Shown piece by piece: positions 1 to 7,911 of a stretch of DNA of 51,501 nt (the stretch's first letter is position 1; every line of letters begins with the position of its first letter). The DNA is taken from positions 1 through 51,501 of IMG/VR virus record IMGVR_UViG_3300029258_001885. The stretch is one strand, 5' to 3'. The notes beneath the pieces are model-generated. The model made no database searches. It saw only the letters and a program-made list of their open reading frames with translations, and was not told the DNA's origin. Position numbers and translations under genes: made by a program. This DNA is from a virus. Taxonomy: Duplodnaviria; Caudoviricetes.

Positions 1-1
1 T

Positions 2-199
2 TCGGTCGGGGCATATATCTCGTCGCTATTTCCGGGGATTGAAAAATGGAAATACCTCAAACATGAAAAGGGAGTCAATCCATTCCAACCCGCAATTGAC
101 CTGTGGCGCATGGGTCTTGTCCCATCCTTTGACGGAAAAATCTGGAGACTTCACACGGGACCAGATGGAAGGGTTGTTTTTGAAGGAAAAGGATTTTGA
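2..199 (+). CDS. C-terminal part of SVxD-repeat protein (continues from 51028..51501 across the circular junction)
   Basis: Frame 2 is open from base 2 to TGA at 197-199 (SVGAYISSLFPGIEKWKY...LWRMGLVPSFDGKIWRLH...GF). It begins with the same TTCGGTC unit that ends the window. Confidence 0.8.
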   Translation, partial: SVGAYISSLFPGIEKWKYLKHEKGVNPFQPAIDLWRMGLVPSFDGKIWRLHTGPDGRVVFEGKGF

Positions 200-202
200 A
201 CA

Positions 203-418
203 ATGTGGAAGTTAATACCGATATGGATGGACAATCTTATTTGTAGGATATTTGAAGCTGTAGGCTTTAATCCGGTGATTGTGCTTTGCAAACACACCGA
301 ACAAGACGTTCGGATTGCCTCTGTATGTTTTTCCGAAAAATCTGCCCAATGGGTGATCGACCACAACCAGGACGAACACAGAAAATACTGGATGACCGTA
401 CCCAGATTGACCATTTAA
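203..418 (+). CDS. hypothetical protein
   Basis: 71-aa ORF tightly packed in the plus-strand operon; no recognisable motif. Confidence 0.5.
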   Translation: MWKLIPIWMDNLICRIFEAVGFNPVIVLCKHTEQDVRIASVCFSEKSAQWVIDHNQDEHRKYWMTVPRLTI

Positions 419-436
419 CAGAAGGAATATGAACAA

Positions 437-913
437 ATGAACAAAGGTTTTTCAAAACTTGATAACCCAAGCCATGAAGGAAATACCAATACGTGGCTTA
501 CTCCCAAAAGCATACTTGACCCATTAGGTTGGTTTGATCTTGACCCATGCGCGGAAAGAGGATGGGAAACGGCAAAAAATTATTACTACGATCAAGGATT
601 AGAAAAGCCCTGGTTTGGTCGCGTATGGCTGAATCCTCCATACGGCAAAAATACGGGCAAGTGGCTGTCAAGACTTCAGGAACATGGAAATGGAATTGCT
701 CTTGTATTTGCTAGAACAGACACAAAATGGTTTCAAGCAATAAAGCCACATGCAATTAGGTTTATAGCCGGAAGAATTGCTTTTCTAAAGCCTGATCATA
801 CTGCTTCAACAAACGCTGGCGCACCAAGTTGTCTGATTGCATATGGCCAGAAAAATGTTGCTTCTATAGAAAATATCAATGGCGTAACTTTTCAATTAGC
901 AGAAATTTGCTGA
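437..913 (+). CDS. phage DNA N6-adenine methyltransferase (Dam-like family)
   Basis: Motifs WLTP, FDLDPCA, WFGRVWLNPPYG (catalytic NPPY) and ARTDTKWF. Confidence 0.9.
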   Translation: MNKGFSKLDNPSHEGNTNTWLTPKSILDPLGWFDLDPCAERGWETAKNYYYDQGLEKPWFGRVWLNPPYGKNTGKWLSRLQEHGNGIALVFARTDTKWFQAIKPHAIRFIAGRIAFLKPDHTASTNAGAPSCLIAYGQKNVASIENINGVTFQLAEIC

Positions 914-926
914 ACGGAAGGACATA

Positions 927-1157
927 TTGAACGACACCATTAAAAACCCACATCTTGACAGGCTTTCTCAAATTGAGCGGTATTATCGTGAAGAACCCAC
1001 CCATCCCAAAGACATTCTTTGGATGTTGAACACAATAAGGTATCAGCAAAGCCAACTCAAGAAAGCGGCAAAATACATGAAAGAAGGTAAGCGGATTATG
1101 AAAAAGAACACAACAAACAGTGATGTCGATGTCTTTATTGCCAAATGGTCAAAATAG
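927..1157 (+). CDS. hypothetical protein
   Basis: 76-aa ORF with TTG start after GGAAGGA; operon context. Confidence 0.55.
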   Translation: MNDTIKNPHLDRLSQIERYYREEPTHPKDILWMLNTIRYQQSQLKKAAKYMKEGKRIMKKNTTNSDVDVFIAKWSK

Positions 1158-1189
1158 AGAAACTTTATGAACATACTAAGGAGGATACT

Positions 1190-1414
1190 ATGACCAAGGA
1201 ACATATTTATTATCTGGAGCATGAATGTGATTGTGGGCAGACAATCAAGAAAAGATGTCTTTTTGTCGGCCCAGAAGATGGTCCGGTGATATTCATGCAG
1301 GGACTTGGACAACAGGATTTCCAATGTCCTGATTGTAATACCGTATGGTCTTATGGAGATATTGAATACATCAACGCGACAGAAGAATTTGGAACAACTG
1401 AAGCATTCGATTAA
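1190..1414 (+). CDS. small zinc-ribbon protein
   Basis: AAGGAGG RBS before ATG 1190; CDCG...CPDC pairs. Confidence 0.6.
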   Translation: MTKEHIYYLEHECDCGQTIKKRCLFVGPEDGPVIFMQGLGQQDFQCPDCNTVWSYGDIEYINATEEFGTTEAFD

Positions 1415-1417
1415 CAG

Positions 1418-1681
1418 ATGAAGGATGAACACGACTTTTTGAACGGGGATTCTATGAAACCAATAAGAGCCGATAAAAGATGGTTCCACCCAAAGAAGAC
1501 CGATGATCTCAGGAAGGAATGTCTACCCTGGATCGGTAGGGAAGTTACAGTCACAAGCTGGCACAACAATGTAGCAATGACCGACGATTACCCAAATGAT
1601 GATCTTGTGGGATTCGTCAAGGAATTTGCATGTGACGTGCCTCAAAGCGAATTGCGTCTTCAAAAACCAGAAATTAAATGA
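1418..1681 (+). CDS. hypothetical protein
   Basis: 87-aa ORF, packed operon. Confidence 0.55.
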   Translation: MKDEHDFLNGDSMKPIRADKRWFHPKKTDDLRKECLPWIGREVTVTSWHNNVAMTDDYPNDDLVGFVKEFACDVPQSELRLQKPEIK

Positions 1682-1694
1682 ACTGGAGGACTTT

Positions 1695-2093
1695 TTGAAC
1701 ACAAATAATGAAATGTTTTATATTCAATGCACCAGCCAATTAGCCGGTGATTTTATTCTGTGGTGGTGTCCCAAACGCCTGGGCTATACCTATAATCTAA
1801 AAGACGCTGGCTTATACCCCAAAGATGAGGCTGAAAGCATTTGCAAATTGAGGGGAGAAGAAAGAGCTTGGCCGAAAGAAGAAGTTGAAAAACGAATATC
1901 AACCGCAGTCAATATCGGCCATTTACATATGGATGGAATCAAGCCGGTCTTTGATGAAAAATCCTACAAAAAACCGAAAGTGAAAAAGCACCGGGCCAAA
2001 CCAAGAAACTGTAACAAGTGTGGGAGGTTTTTCAGCGATCCCGACCCATATCAGGAAACGTGCGAAGATTGTTATGATTATTCATTAAGGTGA
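1695..2093 (+). CDS. phage hypothetical protein with C-terminal zinc finger
   Basis: GGAGGA RBS at 1685-1690, start TTG 1695 or ATG 1713. FYIQ...LWW...GYTYNL..AG.Y...EA pattern and CNKC...CEDC. Confidence 0.6.
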   Translation: MNTNNEMFYIQCTSQLAGDFILWWCPKRLGYTYNLKDAGLYPKDEAESICKLRGEERAWPKEEVEKRISTAVNIGHLHMDGIKPVFDEKSYKKPKVKKHRAKPRNCNKCGRFFSDPDPYQETCEDCYDYSLR

Positions 2094-2213
2094 AGGATAA
2101 TGAACATGGACAGATGTATTAAAAAACTGGAAGTTGATCTCTTGGGTAGCATTTTATGCCAAAGATCAGATATTCCAATATAATGAGCCAAAAACAAGGA
2201 GGTTTTTTGAAAC

Positions 2214-2528
2214 ATGATTTTCCTTGCCGATGGATGTCTGAGGTTTGAGGATTGCGAACCATCTTTTAGGAGTTGCTGGGAATGCAACCCTGCACATAAG
2301 CATCTCAAAAAGGTAAATACCATCCACCACTGCATTGCCTGTGGAAGGGACTGGATATTTGACAAGTATCTTGATGAGATTGCAGACCCTGCGGCATGGG
2401 ACAGCTATTTTAAAGGTCTGGGTCTCAAGTATGGACAATCCACAACCACCATTGACAGAGGGTACAGGATTGCCGTGGTTACACCGTTTGATGCATCTTG
2501 TATTGACCCAAACAAAAAAAAGCCGTGA
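2214..2528 (+). CDS. Cys/His-rich hypothetical protein
   Basis: GGAGG upstream; CWECN..H.HL...HHCIACGR putative metal ligands. Confidence 0.55.
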   Translation: MIFLADGCLRFEDCEPSFRSCWECNPAHKHLKKVNTIHHCIACGRDWIFDKYLDEIADPAAWDSYFKGLGLKYGQSTTTIDRGYRIAVVTPFDASCIDPNKKKP

Positions 2529-2542
2529 CGTTCTGTCACGGC
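2514..2542 (-). terminator. intrinsic terminator at the convergence of the two transcription directions
   Basis: Perfect 8-bp stem GCCGTGAC/GTCACGGC (2522-2529/2535-2542), 5-nt loop, followed on the minus strand by T8. Confidence 0.75.
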
Positions 2543-2566
2543 CTTAAGATCATTTAAATCAATGTT

Positions 2567-3307
2567 TTATCTTTTAAACATCGCTATGCCGTAGGCGTTT
2601 GAATCAGCCTGTCCTGACACGTACATGCCTGACAGGATGGCTTTGTTGCACTCCTCACACTTCCAGCATTGGCCTTTGCCCAGCCTCATGCCTGTTGACT
2701 GGACACTCACGGACCAGCCTATGAGCAGGTAGGTGGATGTGTTGACAGCGTCATTGCAGACCCAAAATCCCCTGAGGTTGGGCAGGATGTCTCCAGAGGA
2801 TATGGCAGCCTCAGCGCTTACACCGTCAGTAGTCTTTGAAATGTCTGTATGGCTGGTGTCGCCGTCTGCTATGTCGGTTGTTGCTCCATAGCCGACATTG
2901 GTGATTGTGAGCGTATCGGTCACCCTTGTGATGTCAAATGGAGTACCGCTGATGGCATCCATGGCCGTTTCGGTGTCGGTACAAACCTGCTCGCCGGTGT
3001 CATCGGCTGAGATATCAACCTCCACAAGGGTAGCGCCAGATACGGTGGGGGCACTGGATCCGTCATCAACGTCATACCACACACCGTACTTGACGGCGTC
3101 AAGGGCACTGTAGATGACAAAGTACTTGCCCCCAAGGTTGCCCGAGGCGTCAGCCCGACACTGTACACTACTGATCTCCTGTACCTCAAGGTTGGTGGAC
3201 CCACGTACAAAACCCGTCTGTTTTGCTGTCTGGTTTTTGTCGTAAATCTCTGCGAATGCAGAGGTTGCAAAAATAAGCGTTGTCAAAATAACTGCAAATG
3301 GTCTCAT
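2567..3307 (-). CDS. secreted protein: signal peptide + virion-decoration-like domain + Cys-rich beta domain
   Basis: MRPFAVILTTLIFATSAFA is a Sec signal with AFA cleavage site. The C-terminal ~80 aa is paralogous to 3334..3717 (CNDAVNTSTYL identical). Confidence 0.75.
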   Translation of the reverse strand: MRPFAVILTTLIFATSAFAEIYDKNQTAKQTGFVRGSTNLEVQEISSVQCRADASGNLGGKYFVIYSALDAVKYGVWYDVDDGSSAPTVSGATLVEVDISADDTGEQVCTDTETAMDAISGTPFDITRVTDTLTITNVGYGATTDIADGDTSHTDISKTTDGVSAEAAISSGDILPNLRGFWVCNDAVNTSTYLLIGWSVSVQSTGMRLGKGQCWKCEECNKAILSGMYVSGQADSNAYGIAMFKR

Positions 3308-3333
3308 GGTAAAACCCCCTTTAAATTGTTTGT

Positions 3334-3717
3334 TTAATTTTTGTATTGAAAAATGGAATATCCGTTGTCCGCTGCCTGTCCCTCAACCTTCAAAAGCTTT
3401 AATATCGAGGGCTTGCAGTTTTCGCATACAAAGCATTGTCCGGGGGCGAGCCTTATGCCGTCATCTGATACGTCGGTATCCATACCCAAAGCGAGGTATG
3501 TTGAGGTGTTTACTGCATCATTGCATACATCAAAACGGTAGATACCACCAAGTACGCTTGCAGACGGTATGGCTGCTGCAGTGGTCGTACCAACAGTTGC
3601 GTGGTACGGGGTTACGGACTTGATTTTTGTATTTTCTGCAAACCATGCAGCATTGGCTGCAGGGGCAAGCAATACGGCAAGTCCAACGATCAGTGCGATT
3701 TTTGTCTTTTTAAACAT
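3334..3717 (-). CDS. secreted small Cys-rich beta protein
   Basis: GGAG RBS before ATG 3717; MFKKTKIALIVGLAVLLAPAANA signal peptide; paralog of the 2567..3307 C-terminus. Confidence 0.75.
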   Translation of the reverse strand: MFKKTKIALIVGLAVLLAPAANAAWFAENTKIKSVTPYHATVGTTTAAAIPSASVLGGIYRFDVCNDAVNTSTYLALGMDTDVSDDGIRLAPGQCFVCENCKPSILKLLKVEGQAADNGYSIFQYKN

Positions 3718-3754
3718 TTTTAAATCTCCCATGGTGCAAAAGGTTGTGAAAACA

Positions 3755-3783
3755 ATAATATTTAAAAACCCTGTAGTTTACAA
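3755..3783 (-). promoter_or_regulatory. candidate sigma70-type promoter for the two secreted paralogs
   Basis: TTGTAA (3783-3778) - 17 nt - TATTAT (3760-3755) on the minus strand; overlaps a weak hairpin plus T5 ending the upstream gene. Confidence 0.5.
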
Positions 3784-3790
3784 CAGGTCA

Positions 3791-4135
3791 TTAAAGTGAT
3801 AGCAGCAGGCCTATCCATACCCCCAAACCTACTCCAACCACAGTACCACCCACTACAAGCACAGGGTCTTGATACCACTCCAAAGGCTTGCTCCTCAGTC
3901 TTTTTATGTAATCATGCGTGATATCAAGCTCTGCCTGACACTCCTGACATTCATACAGCCTGTTTGACAATATCCTGATTGATGCAGGGGCATAACAGCG
4001 GCAGTCAATCTGCAGGTCCAGACACTCTTTGGGTCTGATATCCCTGTACTCAAACTCAGCCGTCCCCATTGGTTTTGCGACTGCCGGCAGAGTCAAGGAC
4101 GTCATTAATATGGTCAACAGGATCCTTGTCAGCAT
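3791..4135 (-). CDS. spanin-like lysis accessory protein (signal peptide + C-terminal TM)
   Basis: N-terminal signal, Cys-containing coiled region, C-terminal hydrophobic helix; overlaps the upstream Rz-like ORF. Confidence 0.45.
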   Translation of the reverse strand: MLTRILLTILMTSLTLPAVAKPMGTAEFEYRDIRPKECLDLQIDCRCYAPASIRILSNRLYECQECQAELDITHDYIKRLRSKPLEWYQDPVLVVGGTVVGVGLGVWIGLLLSL

Positions 4136-4334
4136 GTTTGTCTCTCATCTCCAGTTTTTTATGCGCGACCCTCTTTTCGTATTCCGCCAGTGCCACAGTT
4201 GCCTCAAGACTTTTGGTTTTGGCCTTGAGGTATGCCGTGTAGGTCACAAGGGCCGCAGGAAGTATGGTCTCCAGCAACCCTGCAATTTTCAAGCACAGAC
4301 GTGCCCAGACTACAGGCTCAGTAATTTTACCCAT
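4056..4334 (-). CDS. Rz/i-spanin-like membrane protein
   Basis: N-terminal hydrophobic segment then coiled coil; located in the lysis cluster. Confidence 0.45.
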   Translation of the reverse strand: MGKITEPVVWARLCLKIAGLLETILPAALVTYTAYLKAKTKSLEATVALAEYEKRVAHKKLEMRDKHADKDPVDHINDVLDSAGSRKTNGDG

Positions 4335-4692
4335 CAGATCCTTGCTTTTTGGACAGCTGTTTGGGCGATCCCAGTCCAAACCACCCTATGACTGCCGAAA
4401 TCCACAGCATGGCCCACCTCAAAAATGCCAGTGCCCTGTTGTCACCCTCCCAATCGGTACGAGGGGCAAGCCAAGCCAAAAACTCAGCTACAGCCCTGCA
4501 CAGACCCATAAACAGGCCCAGGACTGCAGCAAGCCACATGTTGACCTCTGGTATTGCTCCTACAAGCTTTCCAACAAGCAGGACCCAGAATGGGGCATCC
4601 TCTGGCGGTGGCGGCAGGGTGCCGGCGTCCTGTGCAAAAAGACTCCCAGCCATCACAATCGTCATCGTCAAAACCGTTAAAAGGTACTTCAT
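4327..4692 (-). CDS. holin-like membrane protein
   Basis: Signal-like N-terminus plus 2-3 hydrophobic helices and a basic C-terminus; directly after the endolysin. Confidence 0.55.
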   Translation of the reverse strand: MKYLLTVLTMTIVMAGSLFAQDAGTLPPPPEDAPFWVLLVGKLVGAIPEVNMWLAAVLGLFMGLCRAVAEFLAWLAPRTDWEGDNRALAFLRWAMLWISAVIGWFGLGSPKQLSKKQGSDG

Positions 4693-4693
4693 A

Positions 4694-5248
4694 TCATCCT
4701 CCCTGTTTTTTGTTTTGGTTCAGCATCAGCCAAACCCCTTCAATACCGTATTTTTTATACAGCTGCTGGATGACATACATGTCAGGCAGCCCCGCAAGCT
4801 GGTAATGGACCAGCTCTTTAAACCTTCTGTTCCGCCCGTACCACCTCAGCCCCACAGACTCCATTATCGGTCCCAGCTTTTTGTAAAGCTCAGTGGGCTC
4901 CCAGGTCCACCTGCCATCGACATACATGACAAGATCGGCAGCCAGCCCGTAATTGTGCATTGACTCACCGGGTTTGGCATTTGTTATGACATTGCCGCCC
5001 TTGGTCCTGCCCCTTTTCCACAGCTCCCCCTGCCTGGGCCTGGATCGATATGTTTCAAAAATCCTGACTGGTATTTCAGCCTCATGGGCAATTTTAATGC
5101 CCTCAAGCATTTTGGTCTTGAATGGCGGGTATAAAAGGTCCAGGGTGTCCGTTCGATCAAGAATAGCCTGCCAGTGTCCATTTACAATCTGCATAAAAAC
5201 CTCATGAGTCAGACAGTCTGGCCGGGAGCTCTGACTGCTTTTGGACAA
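4694..5248 (-). CDS. endolysin, M15-family (L-Ala-D-Glu type) zinc peptidase
   Basis: ETYRS..RQ.EL...GRT..G.VITNAKPG.S.HNYGLA.D and a downstream W.G...H motif; exact start uncertain. Confidence 0.85.
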   Translation of the reverse strand: MSKSSQSSRPDCLTHEVFMQIVNGHWQAILDRTDTLDLLYPPFKTKMLEGIKIAHEAEIPVRIFETYRSRPRQGELWKRGRTKGGNVITNAKPGESMHNYGLAADLVMYVDGRWTWEPTELYKKLGPIMESVGLRWYGRNRRFKELVHYQLAGLPDMYVIQQLYKKYGIEGVWLMLNQNKKQGG

Positions 5249-5522
5249 CCTCCCACAGCCTGTCTATTGAGCCCTCATGTCTGCCAAGCTTTTGATTGGT
5301 CTCATTGACAGCAACCTGCAGTTGGCTGAGGGCTCCATTGGCCTGGGCCTTCTGACTTGCGAGTACTGCCGAGTTTATGCGTACATCCTCCATTTTGGAC
5401 TCCAGACCGTCCAGACGCCTGTCTGTACGTCTGGCCCAGTATCTCATCCAAAACATCGATCCAAACACTCCAGCAGCTCCAGAGACGGCGCTAATCACTG
5501 CCTGTATTGTGGTATCTGTCAT
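5202..5522 (-). CDS. single-TM coiled-coil protein (holin/antiholin-like)
   Basis: MTDTTIQAVISAVSGAAGVFGSMFW TM followed by a coiled coil; directly upstream of the endolysin. Confidence 0.5.
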   Translation of the reverse strand: MTDTTIQAVISAVSGAAGVFGSMFWMRYWARRTDRRLDGLESKMEDVRINSAVLASQKAQANGALSQLQVAVNETNQKLGRHEGSIDRLWEVVQKQSELPARLSDS

Positions 5523-6462
5523 CCTTAGACCTTTCCAGTACGCGTGAGGCAACAAAAAGCCATTCGGCCAGCACACATTCCTCCTGACTGGAGCATCTGA
5601 CATATGTGGCGTGCCTGTATGGGTGGTCAATCAGCATTTTGGTGACTGGGCCCATGTCCCCGTCACTGTAGAGATGATAAAGGTATGTGTACCATGGGCT
5701 TTCGGGCTCCCTGCTGTAATGCTCCTCCAGCCTGTCAAACATGGTGCCGGATATGCCTGTCAGCCTGGCCCCCTGTCTGGGCACCGCATCCATGTCTCCA
5801 ATTGTCGCGGCAGCTTCTCCCTGCAGCCATATCATCATGGATTGAATATGGGCTTCATAGTCATCCAGACCACCCGGCCAGTAAGAGGGCCATAGTCGGT
5901 TGGCTGAGTTTTGGCCACCAAGGGCATAAATCAGCTCATAGAGGAGCCCAATCACGTTGGGGGTATAAATCACCCTCCCATCACCAATGGGCTGTCCCAT
6001 GACCCAGTTGAGGGCCCTGCCGTAGTCTGCATGCAGCTGGAGGATGTCCAGCCTTTTGTTTACCCAGCAGTATGGCAGCAATCCAGCACTGCCCATGTCC
6101 CTTGACCACGTGGTGGAGCTGCCTGTGTCCCCCTCCTCAGACCAGCATCTGCCCTGGTACTCACCATCCTCATACAGTGGACGCCTGCCGAAGCGTCCAG
6201 GCTCGTCATCAAAGGAGGCAGCAAAAATATCAACACCATCTATACCCAATGCCGACCCGTACTTGCCTGCCCATATCATCCCGTCACAGTCATCCCCTGC
6301 CAGCCATCCGGTCTGTGAGTCCCTCAACTCAAGGGCTCTTTTGGTCTTTTGCTCATACATGTCCCAGAGCGTGTCAGTATCAGTGGGCTCTACAGACTCC
6401 TTTTGATCAATTACACCACATGATGCAATGATTAATGAAATCATCAGAAAAACAAGTCTCAT
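5491..6462 (-). CDS. lipoprotein of unknown function
   Basis: MRLVFLMISLIIAS-C lipobox (Cys15); 323 aa. Confidence 0.7.
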   Translation of the reverse strand: MRLVFLMISLIIASCGVIDQKESVEPTDTDTLWDMYEQKTKRALELRDSQTGWLAGDDCDGMIWAGKYGSALGIDGVDIFAASFDDEPGRFGRRPLYEDGEYQGRCWSEEGDTGSSTTWSRDMGSAGLLPYCWVNKRLDILQLHADYGRALNWVMGQPIGDGRVIYTPNVIGLLYELIYALGGQNSANRLWPSYWPGGLDDYEAHIQSMMIWLQGEAAATIGDMDAVPRQGARLTGISGTMFDRLEEHYSREPESPWYTYLYHLYSDGDMGPVTKMLIDHPYRHATYVRCSSQEECVLAEWLFVASRVLERSKDDRYHNTGSD

Positions 6463-6968
6463 GCCCCCTCCTCCCTCACATGACGGCTGGATGCAATCAT
6501 GTCTCCGAGTTGATCAGGTGTGATCTTGTCAAACCTATCCGGCCAGTCCACATCAGGCAGTATCATTAGTTTTTTTACCGCTTCGGCAAGCTCAACACAC
6601 ATCACGGCCTTACGTGATGCCCAAAGGTTTCGCTTGATGATTTTTTTAAAACGCCTGAAGGGATACGCCATCAGACCAAAGGCAAGCGCTCCCACATCGT
6701 ACCATCTGCCCAGATAGTGGTTTAGCGTCTGTCTGTAAATTTCCCTTTTTTGGTCATGCCCCATTGGGCCTATATACTCCAAACGCCTTACAATGACCTG
6801 ATCCTTTAGCCATTTTTGGTAATACTCAATCTTGACCCAGGGAAATGTGCCATGAATGACAATGTCATGCTCATCAAAATAAAGGGCAAAATGACTGGCA
6901 TCCTCTCCAATGACATACCTGATAAATCTTGCCATGGGTTTTGGCGTGGTTGTCAGTAAAAACTGCAT
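6459..6968 (-). CDS. permuted papain-like NlpC/P60 (YiiX/YebB-like) enzyme
   Basis: His-before-Cys order SHFAL...H...LGRWYD...MCVEL; GAGGTG RBS before ATG 6968. Confidence 0.7.
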   Translation of the reverse strand: MQFLLTTTPKPMARFIRYVIGEDASHFALYFDEHDIVIHGTFPWVKIEYYQKWLKDQVIVRRLEYIGPMGHDQKREIYRQTLNHYLGRWYDVGALAFGLMAYPFRRFKKIIKRNLWASRKAVMCVELAEAVKKLMILPDVDWPDRFDKITPDQLGDMIASSRHVREEGA

Positions 6969-6976
6969 GGCCCACC

Positions 6977-7909
6977 TCAACAGTTTTTTTTCGCAAATGT
7001 AAGCATGTCTATGCCACACTTGACGCCAGTAGTATCGTCATTTAACTGAAACTTTATTTTCCAGGAATTGTATATCAGCTTGCCTACAACATCAGAGCAT
7101 TGACACACGGACTCCGCACCATCATACCCGCGCCCAAATATCATATTGCCAAATCTGAACAGAGTGACATCCACAGTGTAAAGGTCATAGCCTCCATCCT
7201 GATCCATGTTTCGGGTTAACACGTTGTCCCACTTGGCGTAGTCAAACCAGCCTTGGTTGCCTACACTGGGTACCGGTACACACTTGAGTATGTCCGTATT
7301 GGTCAATTTGGCCGTCAGGTCAAGACTATATGACCCGGTGTCCTCGGCTACAGGTATGATCTTGTAGTTTGTAATATTGTAGTCTCCAGTTTCCTCAACA
7401 TGCCCGGTAGTTGCAGGACAGATCAGCCAGGCATCAAGAGAGTCAGCCAGTTTTGCAGACTCCCATATCGCAGTGGCCCCAACAGCATACCAGTGTTGTA
7501 AAAGCTGGAAGTACTTGACATCATTTGTGGCATCAAGCTTGAGTATGTCCCCGTCTCCATATGTGCCATTGGTGATATTGTCGGCCCTGCCCGTTGGATA
7601 CTGGGTGTACCCTGCAGGTACACGGTTTACGGCCATGTACGGCAGGCTCTCAGCCGTCACCGGTATCGGTGTGTTTGTCAGCATTTTTAGATGGTTTATC
7701 TGGTCATCATAGTCAGTAAAGTACTGGGCACCGTCACCTATCTGGAGGTCATCGTCATAAATCTTTGCACCAACAACACTGTTGTTGGCCCATCTGAGCC
7801 TCTCATTGTCAGTGATTGTGTGCTCCTCAGCAATTGCAAGGTCCTTGCCCGTGCCCAGTCCTGTGATTGCAGCACCACTGATGTTTTTTACCAGACAGGT
7901 TGTGTACAT
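6977..7909 (-). CDS. putative virion accessory protein
   Basis: 310 aa, beta-rich T/G/D composition; N-terminus resembles that of 7912..9564. Confidence 0.55.
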   Translation of the reverse strand: MYTTCLVKNISGAAITGLGTGKDLAIAEEHTITDNERLRWANNSVVGAKIYDDDLQIGDGAQYFTDYDDQINHLKMLTNTPIPVTAESLPYMAVNRVPAGYTQYPTGRADNITNGTYGDGDILKLDATNDVKYFQLLQHWYAVGATAIWESAKLADSLDAWLICPATTGHVEETGDYNITNYKIIPVAEDTGSYSLDLTAKLTNTDILKCVPVPSVGNQGWFDYAKWDNVLTRNMDQDGGYDLYTVDVTLFRFGNMIFGRGYDGAESVCQCSDVVGKLIYNSWKIKFQLNDDTTGVKCGIDMLTFAKKNC

Positions 7910-7911
7910 GA

